64,000 nucleotides of DNA from Gemmatimonadales bacterium (lineage in GTDB: Bacteria > Gemmatimonadota > Gemmatimonadetes > Gemmatimonadales > GWC2-71-9), in the NCBI GenBank assembly GCA_040901965.1, contig JBBDYB010000011.1, positions 64,246 to 128,245 on the forward strand, given 5' to 3'. Below, one piece after another: positions 49,806 through 61,641 of the stretch. Each line of letters begins with the position of its first letter. The stretch's first letter is position 1. The position numbers and the translations under genes were made by a program. The notes under the pieces were generated by a model that was given only the letters and a program-made list of their open reading frames with translations, did not search any database and was not told the DNA's origin.

Positions 49806-50194
49806 TGCCCACGATCCTCTTCCTCTGTGTTCGCAACTCGGCCCGCAGTCAAATGGCAGAAGGCCTGGCGCGGGCCATGGCGCCCCCCGGATACCGGTTC
49901 CTGAGCGCGGGGTCCGATCCCGGCACGCTCAACCCGCTCGCCATCCAGGCGCTCGCCGAGCAGCGCATCGACATCGCGCAGTATCGCGCCAAGGGTCTCG
50001 TGGGCATCGCGGTCGAGCACGTGGATACGATCGTCACGCTGTGCGCCGAGGAGGTATGTCCGGTCGTGCCGGGGAAGGTGCGCCGCCTCCACTGGCCGCT
50101 GCCGGATCCGAAGGATCTCCGTGAATTCCGGGCGGTGCGCGACGAGCTACGAAAACTGCTGCCGGCTCTTTGGGATCAGCCGAACGTGCGGTAG
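49805..50194 (+). CDS. arsC: Low-molecular-weight phosphatase-family arsenate reductase (thioredoxin-coupled type)
   Basis: ILFLCVRNSARSQMAEG (CX5R P-loop) plus downstream TLCAEEVCP cysteine pair. The GTG overlaps the phoU TAG by 1 nt. Confidence 0.7.
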   Translation: MPTILFLCVRNSARSQMAEGLARAMAPPGYRFLSAGSDPGTLNPLAIQALAEQRIDIAQYRAKGLVGIAVEHVDTIVTLCAEEVCPVVPGKVRRLHWPLPDPKDLREFRAVRDELRKLLPALWDQPNVR

Positions 50195-50943
50195 CGGTAA
50201 TATCCCGCCGGTGGCGTGGGTCGCCGGCGCAGCACGTCCTCCGACACGAACAGCCGCACGAGCAGCAGCCCAGCGACGAAGCCGCCGACGTGCGCGAAGA
50301 ACGCCACCCCGCCCCGTTCGATTTCGCTGAGACTACCCAATCCGCCGATCAATTGGAGCACGGCCCAGTAGCCGAGCATCACGTAGGCGGGCAGCGCGAC
50401 GGTGGTGACGTAGATCGGCAGGATGATGAGCGTATGCACGCGCACGCGCGGGTACAGCAGCAAGTACGCGCCCAGCACGCCGCTGATCGCGCCGGACGCG
50501 CCGACCATCGGGACGACCGACTGTGGACTGAGGAACGTCTGCGTCGCCGCTGCCGCCACACCGCACAACAGATAGAAGGTGATGAACTTCACATGTCCCA
50601 TGGCGTCTTCGATGTTGTTTCCGAACACCCACAGGAACAGCATGTTGCCGATCAGATGGAACCAGCCGCCGTGCATGAACATCGACGTGACCACGGTCCA
50701 GTAGTGGGGCGCGGCGTCCACCAGGCAGTACATCCCGGGCGCAAGCTCCGCTCCACTCCCAGGGCGGGCAGTCCTCAGGATTTCACCCGGGATGAGGCCC
50801 AGATCGCAGACCGACCGCGCCAACGCTTCCTGAGCGAAGCCGCCGCCCTGGACCAACAGCCAGGCGAGCACATTGGCGACGATGAGCGCAACCGTGACGA
50901 TCGAAGGACGTTCGGTGGGGTTCTCATCCTTGTACGGAAACAT
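50176..50943 (-). CDS. Rhomboid-family intramembrane serine protease
   Basis: MFMHGGWFHLIGNMLFLWVFG (HxxxN), GASGAISGVLGAYL (GxSG), AHVGGFVAG. Confidence 0.85.
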   Translation of the reverse strand: MFPYKDENPTERPSIVTVALIVANVLAWLLVQGGGFAQEALARSVCDLGLIPGEILRTARPGSGAELAPGMYCLVDAAPHYWTVVTSMFMHGGWFHLIGNMLFLWVFGNNIEDAMGHVKFITFYLLCGVAAAATQTFLSPQSVVPMVGASGAISGVLGAYLLLYPRVRVHTLIILPIYVTTVALPAYVMLGYWAVLQLIGGLGSLSEIERGGVAFFAHVGGFVAGLLLVRLFVSEDVLRRRPTPPAGYYRYRTFG

Positions 50944-50956
50944 GAAGCGGAATCTA

Positions 50957-51026
50957 GGCGGTTAAGCGGTTGGCCGGTTAGGCGGTTAGTATTCGCCTTG
51001 TCGAACCGCCCAACCGCCCAATCGGC
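50957..51026. repeat. Phased octamer array: 4 x CGGTT (8-bp period), 15-nt spacer, 3 x AACCG/AATCG (8-bp period, inverted)
   Basis: CGGTT starts at 50959, 50967, 50975 and 50983. AACCG starts at 51004 and 51012, and AATCG at 51020. The two halves are mutually complementary (imperfect long hairpin). Confidence 0.8.
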
Positions 51027-51047
51027 TGCCTATTTGGCAGCGAATGG

Positions 51048-51062
51048 GGGCACGATGCTTGC
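51048..51062 (+). promoter_or_regulatory. Candidate sigma54 (-24/-12) promoter upstream of dnaK
   Basis: GGGCACGatgcTTGC compared with consensus TGGCACG-N4-TTGC. GG/GC spacing is exact. Lies 57 nt upstream of ATG 51119. Confidence 0.3.
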
Positions 51063-51118
51063 CCATTGCGACTCACAGCATCGGGTCCGCATCAAATCCC
51101 TACCAGGAGCTGTGAGTT

Positions 51119-53080
<1,962 letters not shown>

Positions 53081-53092
53081 AGGGGGGGAGCA

Positions 53093-54646
53093 ATGTCGGT
53101 GAAGACGCGGGACTGGTTGAAATTCGGCACGCTGGTGGCGATGGCGTTTGTGTTCGGCCTGGCCTTCGCCTCGGCGTTCAAGTTGCCCGCTCGCAGCGAA
53201 GCGGCGGTGCGCGGATTGTTGCTGCAGGATACCGCACGTCGTCCCGTTCCCCAGGCCAAGGTCGCCGTTGATCTGGGGGATGCATTCGCGTCGGCCGCCG
53301 AGCATGTAAAGCCGGCGGTCGTATTCATTCGATCCGAGCGGCGGGAGCGCACGACCGCCCGCCGTCTGCCGCCGGGCTTCGAGGATTTCTTCCAGATCCC
53401 GCGCCGGCCCCAGGTGGAGCAAGGCTCGGGGTCCGGCTTCATCGTGTCCGCGGACGGCTACATCCTCACGAACAACCACGTCGTGCAGGGCGCCGATCGC
53501 ATGACGGTGCGCTTGTACGACAACCGCGAGTTCACCGCCACGACGGTCGGCACCGATCCCACGACCGACGTCGCGGTCATCAAGATCCAGACCACCGGCC
53601 TGCCGACCGTGCGGCTCGGCAATGCCGACTCGACGCTCATCGGCCACTGGGTGCTGGCCATCGGGAACCCGCTCGGCGAAGCCTTCACCTTCACGGTGAC
53701 CGCCGGCATCGTGAGCGCCAAGGGGCGGCTGCTGTCCGGCTTGCAACAGAGCCGGTACGCGATTCAGGACTTCATTCAGACCGACGCGGCGATCAACCCC
53801 GGCAACTCGGGGGGGCCGCTGGTGAACGTGCGCGGCGAGGTCATCGGCATCAATTCGGCCATCGCCAGTGAGACCGGGTTCTATGCCGGGTACGGGTTTG
53901 CTATCCCGATCAACCTCGCCCGCACCGTGATGACGCAGCTGATCTCCACCGGCCATGTCGAGCGCGCGGTCATGGGCGTCTCGATTCGCCCAATCACGCC
54001 CGAAGACGCCGAGGATGCCAAGCTGCCGGACATCCGCGGGGTGGTCGTGAACGACTTCACGCCGCCGGACGATTCCCCCGCCAAGCGCGCCGGGATCCAG
54101 GCAGGCGACGTCATCGTGGCCGTAGATGGCCAGCCGATCGAGTCGGTGCCGCAGCTGCAGCAGCGGGTGGGCTTCAAGAAGCCCGGCGAGACGGTGCAGG
54201 TCACCGTCGTGCGCAAGGGAGGCGTGCGCAAGACGATTCCCGTGAAGCTCGCCGCGGCGCCCAGCGGGTCCGACGAAGTGGCCAGGACGGATGATGGCGC
54301 CTCGCGGCGGGACTCGGCGCCGACCGAGGAATCCCTCGGCATTACCGTCGAGCCGCTGACGCAGGAAGACGCGCGCGATCCGCAGCTGCGGTCGGTGGCC
54401 CGTTCGGGCGGCGGCCTGGTCGTGACCCAGGTGTCCCCCGACGGCCCCGCGTATCAGAAGCTCGCGGACGCCAGTAACGGTTCCCCGGACATCATCCTCA
54501 AAGTCAACGGGCAGCCGACCCGAACACGCGCGGAGTTCCGGCAGGCGATGGCGAGCGTCAAATCAAGCGAGATCGTCACGCTCACCGTGCTCCGGCGGTA
54601 CCCGCAGGGCTGGCAGCAGGAAATCATACGGCTGCGCGCGAAGTAG
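53093..54646 (+). CDS. htrA: HtrA/DegP-family periplasmic serine protease with two PDZ domains
   Basis: N-terminal TM. Catalytic triad contexts LTNNHVV, DVAVIK and GNSGGPLVN. Two PDZ-like regions (GIQAGDVIVAVDG; PDIILKVNG). Confidence 0.9.
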   Translation: MSVKTRDWLKFGTLVAMAFVFGLAFASAFKLPARSEAAVRGLLLQDTARRPVPQAKVAVDLGDAFASAAEHVKPAVVFIRSERRERTTARRLPPGFEDFFQIPRRPQVEQGSGSGFIVSADGYILTNNHVVQGADRMTVRLYDNREFTATTVGTDPTTDVAVIKIQTTGLPTVRLGNADSTLIGHWVLAIGNPLGEAFTFTVTAGIVSAKGRLLSGLQQSRYAIQDFIQTDAAINPGNSGGPLVNVRGEVIGINSAIASETGFYAGYGFAIPINLARTVMTQLISTGHVERAVMGVSIRPITPEDAEDAKLPDIRGVVVNDFTPPDDSPAKRAGIQAGDVIVAVDGQPIESVPQLQQRVGFKKPGETVQVTVVRKGGVRKTIPVKLAAAPSGSDEVARTDDGASRRDSAPTEESLGITVEPLTQEDARDPQLRSVARSGGGLVVTQVSPDGPAYQKLADASNGSPDIILKVNGQPTRTRAEFRQAMASVKSSEIVTLTVLRRYPQGWQQEIIRLRAK

Positions 54647-54650
54647 ACCG

Positions 54651-55310
54651 CTAGACCTGACGGCGCTCCGCCAGCATCACGACCGCGGTCGCCGCCAGCC
54701 AGATGACGAACAGCGCCTGGCCGTAGAAGAGATTCGGCGAGAACTCGTCGAATGCTACGGCCACGGCGCTGTTTGCTAGCGCCACCACGAATGCCGTCCA
54801 CGACAGCCAGCGCGGATACACGCCGCCATTGCGGATCGCCCACCCGAACATGTACGCCACGAGTCCAAGCATGAACGTGGCCAGCCGCTCGGCCGCGAGG
54901 CCCGCCGGATGGAGCATGTCGTAAAGGAAGACCGCGTGCGTAGCGGTGAGCGCCTTGTCCGACGTCATGAAGGCGTGGGCGAGATGCCAGCCCCCGCCCA
55001 CCATGAAGACGATGTTCAGGGACCAGACCGAGAAAGCGACGCCACCCATCAGGATGCCGGCGCGTGCGGGCGCGGAGCCCCCGGTTTCGCCATGCCGCAG
55101 CGCGACGCCGATCAGACCCGCATACATGAGCGCCAGGCCGAACAGCAGCGACCAATGGATTGCGCGCCACCGACTCGTCCGTGCGATGGTCTCGAGCTGC
55201 GCGGCTCCGTCTCCCGCGAGCATCGGATGCAGTAACCCGGCGACGCCGAACAGGAGCGCACCCACCAACAGGCACAGGCCGTAAAAGATCGGACGCCGGG
55301 TGGTAATCAT
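54651..55310 (-). CDS. Hypothetical integral membrane protein (about 6 TM)
   Basis: Hydrophobic segments throughout (FYGLCLLVGALLFGVAGLL, WSLLFGLALMYAGLIGV ...). No motif recognised. Confidence 0.6.
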   Translation of the reverse strand: MITTRRPIFYGLCLLVGALLFGVAGLLHPMLAGDGAAQLETIARTSRWRAIHWSLLFGLALMYAGLIGVALRHGETGGSAPARAGILMGGVAFSVWSLNIVFMVGGGWHLAHAFMTSDKALTATHAVFLYDMLHPAGLAAERLATFMLGLVAYMFGWAIRNGGVYPRWLSWTAFVVALANSAVAVAFDEFSPNLFYGQALFVIWLAATAVVMLAERRQV

Positions 55311-55358
55311 GGGCTGCTAATCTAGCACGCATACGGCCGCGCGATATATTGAGCGGCC

Positions 55359-55862
55359 ATGGATCTCAACCGCATTTTGCGCGAGGGCTTCATCGCCGGC
55401 TGCATCGGCGCCGCGGCCGTGGCGATCTGGTTTCTCGTCGTGGACGCGATCAACGGCCAGCCGCTGTTCACCCCGGCGATGCTCGGCAGCGCCGTGTTCT
55501 GGGGCGCGCACGACCCCACCGCCGTCGTCATCGAGCCCGCCCGCATCTTCGGGTACACGATGATCCACATCAGCGCGTTCGTGGTGGTGGGCTGCATCGC
55601 CGCCGCGCTCGCCGCGGAGGTCGAGTACGCCCCCTCGACGCTGTTCCTCGTCGTCGTGGGATTCTGCTTCTTCGAGGTGGGGTTCTACATTCTCGTCGCG
55701 CTGCTCGCGAAGCCGCTGCTCGGCTATCTGGCGTGGTGGAATGTCGCGATCGGCAACGGCCTCGCGGCGCTCGCCATGGGATATTACCTGTGGCGCGAGC
55801 ATCCTAGGATCGGCGAAGAGCTGCGCCGTCACCCTCTTGGCGAGACCCAAGATGGGGAGTGA
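55359..55862 (+). CDS. Hypothetical integral membrane protein (about 4 TM)
   Basis: GFIAGCIGAAAVAIWFLVV, MIHISAFVVVGCIAAALA, LFLVVVGFCFFEVGFYILVALL. The stop abuts AT-rich element A. Confidence 0.6.
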   Translation: MDLNRILREGFIAGCIGAAAVAIWFLVVDAINGQPLFTPAMLGSAVFWGAHDPTAVVIEPARIFGYTMIHISAFVVVGCIAAALAAEVEYAPSTLFLVVVGFCFFEVGFYILVALLAKPLLGYLAWWNVAIGNGLAALAMGYYLWREHPRIGEELRRHPLGETQDGE

Positions 55863-55925
55863 CGAATGATCAATGATGAATGATCAATGATCATTGGGCA
55901 TTGATCGTTGATCATTGATCATTCG
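55863..55925. repeat. AT-rich GATC-dense palindromic element A (imperfect 27-bp-stem hairpin; 6 GATC sites)
   Basis: CGAATGATCAATGATGAATGATCAATG (55863-55889) pairs with CATTGATCGTTGATCATTGATCATTCG (55899-55925), 25 of 27 positions. Lies between convergent stops and overlaps the ctaG 3' end. Confidence 0.85.
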
Positions 55926-56742
55926 AGTAGGCTTCCAGCGGTACTGCTCGTTCAGCATCACCCCTCGCATCCCAGACGGACCACCTGAACCAAATGACGC
56001 TCACCACCACCCACAGCACGAATCCCCCGCCCACCCACATCAGTAGTCCCCCGATCTTCTGGTCATCGAGAGGCGCCCAGCCCCACAGCCGCGGTGCTGC
56101 GGCATAAAACGGGTAGAGTACCGTATCCGAGAGCGTGATCAGCGCCCCCGTAATGGACATGGGAATCCCCAGCAGGAACAGATACAGCATCTGGAGCAGG
56201 TAGGGCAGCCGCGGCAGCTCGGGAACGGGCGAGAGAATCGGCCACCACATGAGCACCGCCGTGGCGATGAACACGAGATGTTGGAGGATGTGGACGTTGT
56301 GATTGCGGAGCGCCGCCTCGTAGAACACGGGCACGTGCCCCAGCACGATCGGCGCGGTGAACAGCGCGGCAGCCGCCAAGGGCCGGGTCACCACGCGGGC
56401 GAGCGCCATCACCCAGCGCACCCGCAGCAGGGGGGGGGCGCGCACCACCCATGCCGGCGTGCCGTACAACAGGAGCGGCGGGAACAGCAGCGTCAGCACC
56501 AGGTGCTGCGCCATGTGCGCGCTGAATAGGTAGGAATCGGAGAGATTGTGCAGCGGCCCGTTCAGCGCGCCGAAGATCACGAGCAGGGCGCCGGCAAAGG
56601 CTGCGACCTTCCGCCGCGGCGCCTTGAGGCCTCCCCAATACACATAGAGCCCGCCCAACAGGACGAGCCCGGCCACTATGCTAGGGTGCAGATCCCATTT
56701 ATTCCAGACAGGAATTTCCAATGTCCAATGATCAATGATCAT
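55912..56742 (-). CDS. ctaG: Cytochrome c oxidase caa3-type assembly factor CtaG
   Basis: Multi-TM protein with FSAHMAQHLVLTLLFPPLLL and HNVHILQHLVFIATAVLMWWPI, characteristic of Caa3_CtaG. The start codon and first 5 codons (MIIDHW) are encoded by palindromic element B. Confidence 0.8.
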   Translation of the reverse strand: MIIDHWTLEIPVWNKWDLHPSIVAGLVLLGGLYVYWGGLKAPRRKVAAFAGALLVIFGALNGPLHNLSDSYLFSAHMAQHLVLTLLFPPLLLYGTPAWVVRAPPLLRVRWVMALARVVTRPLAAAALFTAPIVLGHVPVFYEAALRNHNVHILQHLVFIATAVLMWWPILSPVPELPRLPYLLQMLYLFLLGIPMSITGALITLSDTVLYPFYAAAPRLWGWAPLDDQKIGGLLMWVGGGFVLWVVVSVIWFRWSVWDARGDAERAVPLEAYSNDQ

Positions 56743-56766
56743 TGATCATTCTACATTGATCATTCG
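56727..56766. repeat. AT-rich GATC-dense palindromic element B (24-nt perfect palindrome plus extension; 4 GATC sites)
   Basis: AATGATCAATGATCATTGATCATT (56727-56750) is its own reverse complement. The reverse complement of 56733-56766 matches 55863-55896 at 32 of 34 positions. Confidence 0.9.
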
Positions 56767-56770
56767 TGGC

Positions 56771-57091
56771 TCACCCCCCTGCCCGCAGGCGCACCGATCC
56801 ATAGAAGAGGAACAGCAGCCCGATCACCACGCCGAGCGCGAGGAACAACGGCGCCCCGAACAGGAACGTAAAGAAGCGGTTGTCGAACTTGAGATGCATG
56901 TAGAACATCACCACGAGCGCGAACTTCAGGGCCGACAGCACCAGCAGCAGCGGCACCAGGATCCCCTGGAAAGCGGGGACGTAGAAGATCCCCACCTCGA
57001 TCAGCGTCACCATGACGAGGATCGCGGCGACCCGCAGGTATGTCCCGGTCGTCGCGTGCGTCGCCCCCGCCCCCCCCTGCTCGCTCATCAC
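56771..57091 (-). CDS. Cytochrome c oxidase subunit IV (prokaryotic small subunit)
   Basis: 106 aa with 3 TM segments (YLRVAAILVMVTLIEVGIFY, LVPLLLVLSALKFALVVMFYMHL, FLFGAPLFLALGVVIGLLFLF). Position is after subunit III. Confidence 0.7.
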   Translation of the reverse strand: MMSEQGGAGATHATTGTYLRVAAILVMVTLIEVGIFYVPAFQGILVPLLLVLSALKFALVVMFYMHLKFDNRFFTFLFGAPLFLALGVVIGLLFLFYGSVRLRAGG

Positions 57092-57101
57092 AGCGCTCCG
57101 A

Positions 57102-57677
57102 TCATTGAATCAGGTACACGACCGTGAAGATCACGATCCACACGACGTCCACGAAGTGCCAGTACAGCCCGGCAATCTCGACCGTCAGCGCCTGGCCCGG
57201 GCCGAGCTTGCCCCGCAGCGCCTGCACCCACAGCGTCAGCAGCCAGATCACGCCCACCGTCACGTGCGCCCCGTGCGTCCCCGTCAGCACGTAGAACGTC
57301 GAGCCGAACATGTTGGTCGTGAGACCCAACCCCTGGTGCGCGAAATGACTGAACTCCCACACCTGCCCGCCCAGGAAGACGAGGCCGAGGAAAGCCGTGA
57401 CGAACAGCCAGATCTTGCCCTGCTTCATATCGCCGCGCTGGATCGCGGCCAGGGCCAGTACCATCGCCAGGCTCGACATCAGCAGGTCGAACGTGCTGAA
57501 CGACGTGAACGGGATATTCAGGATCTCGTGAGGGTACGGGCCCACGAGGCTCTTGCCCTTATAGATGAGGTAGGTCGAGATCAGCGACCCGAACAGCAGG
57601 CACTCCGAGCCGATAAACGCCCAGAACGCCATCTTGCGGCTGTCGACGCCCATGCTGGTCGGATGTGCGTGGCTCAT
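57102..57677 (-). CDS. ctaE: Cytochrome c oxidase subunit III
   Basis: KMAFWAFIGSECLLFGSLISTYL...TGTHGAHVTVGVIWL...GLYWHFVDVVWIVIFTVVY. Confidence 0.9.
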   Translation of the reverse strand: MSHAHPTSMGVDSRKMAFWAFIGSECLLFGSLISTYLIYKGKSLVGPYPHEILNIPFTSFSTFDLLMSSLAMVLALAAIQRGDMKQGKIWLFVTAFLGLVFLGGQVWEFSHFAHQGLGLTTNMFGSTFYVLTGTHGAHVTVGVIWLLTLWVQALRGKLGPGQALTVEIAGLYWHFVDVVWIVIFTVVYLIQ

Positions 57678-57678
57678 C

Positions 57679-59465
<1,787 letters not shown>

Positions 59466-59469
<4 letters not shown>

Positions 59470-60458
59470 CGCAGGCTCTGGAGGTAGGCGACCAGCGCGG
59501 TCAGGTCATCGTCGGACATCCCCTGCGGGGGCATCAGCGCGCCGGGCTTCAGCGACGGCGCATCGGCAATCCAGCGCCGCAGATACTCCGCCGTGTTTGG
59601 GAACAGCGCACCCGCGATCGTCGCACGGCTGCCCAGGTGGGTCAGATCCGGCCCGATCGTGCCGCGCGACACCCCGGCAATCGTGTGGCATCCGATGCAT
59701 GCGCTGCGAGCGTAGACCTGCCGACCGCGCTCGGCGAGCGAGCCCCGGGCAGGCGCGGCGGGTACGGCGCGCTGCCGGGCGACCCAGGCGTCGAATGCGG
59801 TAACGGGCTCAACGAACACCCGCAGCCGCATGTTGGCGTGCGAAGCGCCGCAGAATTCGGCGCATTGGCCCCAGTACTCGCCGGCGGAATCCGCGCGGAA
59901 CGCGATCCGGGTGGTGCGGCCCTGCGTCAGATCCCGCTTCCCGCCCAGGGCGGGCACCCAGAAGCTGTGGATCACGTCGGCCGAGGTCATGACGAGCTGC
60001 ACCGGAATGCCGACCGGCAAGTGCAGCTCATTGACGGCGGTGATGCCGAGCGCCGGGTAGCGGTATTCCCACCACCATTGGTGTCCGATCACTTCGACGC
60101 GCAGCGCGCCTTCGGGCGCGTGGCCGGCTGTCGCGAAAATGGTGCGCATCGTGGGCACGGCGATGAACACGAGAATCAGCGCCGGCGCGAGGGTCCACCC
60201 GATCTCCAGGGCGGTGTGGCCGTGCACCGGTTTCGGCGCGGGGCGCCCCGGCCGGGCCCGGTAGCGCACGATGGCGAACAGGAGCAGGCCTTCGACGATG
60301 ACGAATACCACGACCGCCCACCAGAAGATGTCCGTGAACAGGGCATCGATGGCGGCGCTGAAATCGGATTTCGGGGCGAGTGTGGATTGCGGGAAGAAAC
60401 CGCCGCAGCCGAGGGACAGGGCGGTCAGAAGGAGCCAGAGCCACTTCAGACGCGGCAC
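59466..60458 (-). CDS. ctaC: Cytochrome c oxidase subunit II with fused C-terminal cytochrome c domain (caa3 type)
   Basis: CuA site DVIHSFWVP...CAEFCGASHANM. Haem-c motif CIGCH. Confidence 0.92.
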
Positions 60459-60469
60459 GGCGTCAACGC

Positions 60470-61144
60470 CTAATGGGGCGGCGGAGCGCCCGGGAGCCCC
60501 GTCATCTCGCGCGGCGTCTCGGTGATGGACGACTTGGCTCCGGCCCCCTGCCCCGCGAGTACCATCGTCCCGCCATCTTTCATCACGGTCTTCACCAGCG
60601 CGAAGTTCAGATCAGGCTTGATCCAGACGTCCATTCCGTTGCGCGCGTGCCGGAGGTGGAGGGCCCGGAAACTGCCGGCCGGCACCGTCAGCTGCTCCCA
60701 CCCCACGACGTCCATCTCGTGACAGCTGCGCGCGATCTCCGCGGCCACGTTGGCGCCCCTGTTGCCGGCCATCATCCGGACCATCTGTTCGGGCAGCCGC
60801 ATCGCCGGTTGATCGCCGCTCTTCGTGACGATGGCGCGCACGTTGCCCGCCTGCACGCCCAGGCCGGGGACGAGCATCTGCATGATCATCTTCGATTTGG
60901 GCCGCTTCGGATCGTCGATGATGACTTCGTACCAGTAGTAGGTCGTTCCCTGATGCGGCTCTTTGCCGACGACCGCGACGCGCATCGTGCTGCCGGCGGT
61001 CTGGCCACCGGTCCAGTTGTACGTCGCCCACGTCCCCACCGTCATGGGACTGTTCTCTACATCCCGACAGATCTTTTCTTTGTCCTGAGCGGCGAGCGGC
61101 GCGGCCAGAAGGAGGGACGCAGCGGCGGCAAGGCAGACGCGCAT
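60470..61144 (-). CDS. Hypothetical secreted protein, first gene of the oxidase operon
   Basis: Signal MRVCLAAAASLLLAAPLAAQ (start at ATG 61144). No motif recognised. Confidence 0.55.
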   Translation of the reverse strand: MRVCLAAAASLLLAAPLAAQDKEKICRDVENSPMTVGTWATYNWTGGQTAGSTMRVAVVGKEPHQGTTYYWYEVIIDDPKRPKSKMIMQMLVPGLGVQAGNVRAIVTKSGDQPAMRLPEQMVRMMAGNRGANVAAEIARSCHEMDVVGWEQLTVPAGSFRALHLRHARNGMDVWIKPDLNFALVKTVMKDGGTMVLAGQGAGAKSSITETPREMTGLPGAPPPH

Positions 61145-61199
61145 GATTGACTCCCGGAAGCGTGAGAAGGAGATCAATTATACATTCCGGGAGGCTCTT

Positions 61200-61281
61200 G
61201 CGACCGTGGCGGAACTGGTAGACGCGCCAGCCTTAGGAGCTGGTGGGGCAACCCGTGGGGGTTCGAGTCCCTCCGGTCGCA
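61200..61281 (+). tRNA. tRNA-Leu (anticodon UAG)
   Basis: GCGACCG TG GCGGAACTGGTAGACGC G CCAGC CTTAGGA GCTGG, long variable arm TGGGGCAACCCGTG, T-arm GGGGG TTCGAGT CCCTC, then CGGTCGC A. CCA is not encoded. Confidence 0.9.
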
Positions 61282-61401
61282 TAGGGAGTTAGGAAGTCGG
61301 GCTGGTGGGGTAAGGTCGCCAGTGTCTGCGCCAGTGCCAGGGCGCTAAGAATCGCGCTTGCGCTCTTCACCTGCCGAGCGCAGTGCCCGAAAGGACTACA
61401 C

Positions 61402-61641
61402 CTACCTCCTACGCTTCCGCCCGCCCTGAACGTCCCAGCCAACCCTCCGCTTCCTCAAAAACTCCTCCACATCCTCCCGGAAGTAGCGAAGCGTGTTCGG
61501 CCCGAGCTGGACGGCCGGTATCCCAAGCTGCCGCACCCGTCGCTTCGGCACGCGGAGGATCTGCGCGACCTCCTCGGCCGTCAAAGGGTCCCACGCGCGC
61601 AGCTCCTCGCCCTTTCCGTCCTTTGTGCCTGCGTTCTGCAT
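61402..61641 (-). CDS. Excisionase/AlpA-type helix-turn-helix protein
   Basis: LTAEEVAQILRVPKRRVRQLGIPAVQLGPNTLRYFREDVEEFL matches the HTH_17/excisionase pattern. Confidence 0.65.
   Translation of the reverse strand: MQNAGTKDGKGEELRAWDPLTAEEVAQILRVPKRRVRQLGIPAVQLGPNTLRYFREDVEEFLRKRRVGWDVQGGRKRRR

Noticed and set aside
50944-51118. Search for a CIRCE (TTAGCACTC-N9-GAGTGCTAA), a HAIR operator or a sigma32-type promoter upstream of dnaK.
   Set aside because: I found no acceptable match by eye. Only the octamer array and the sigma54-like element stand out.
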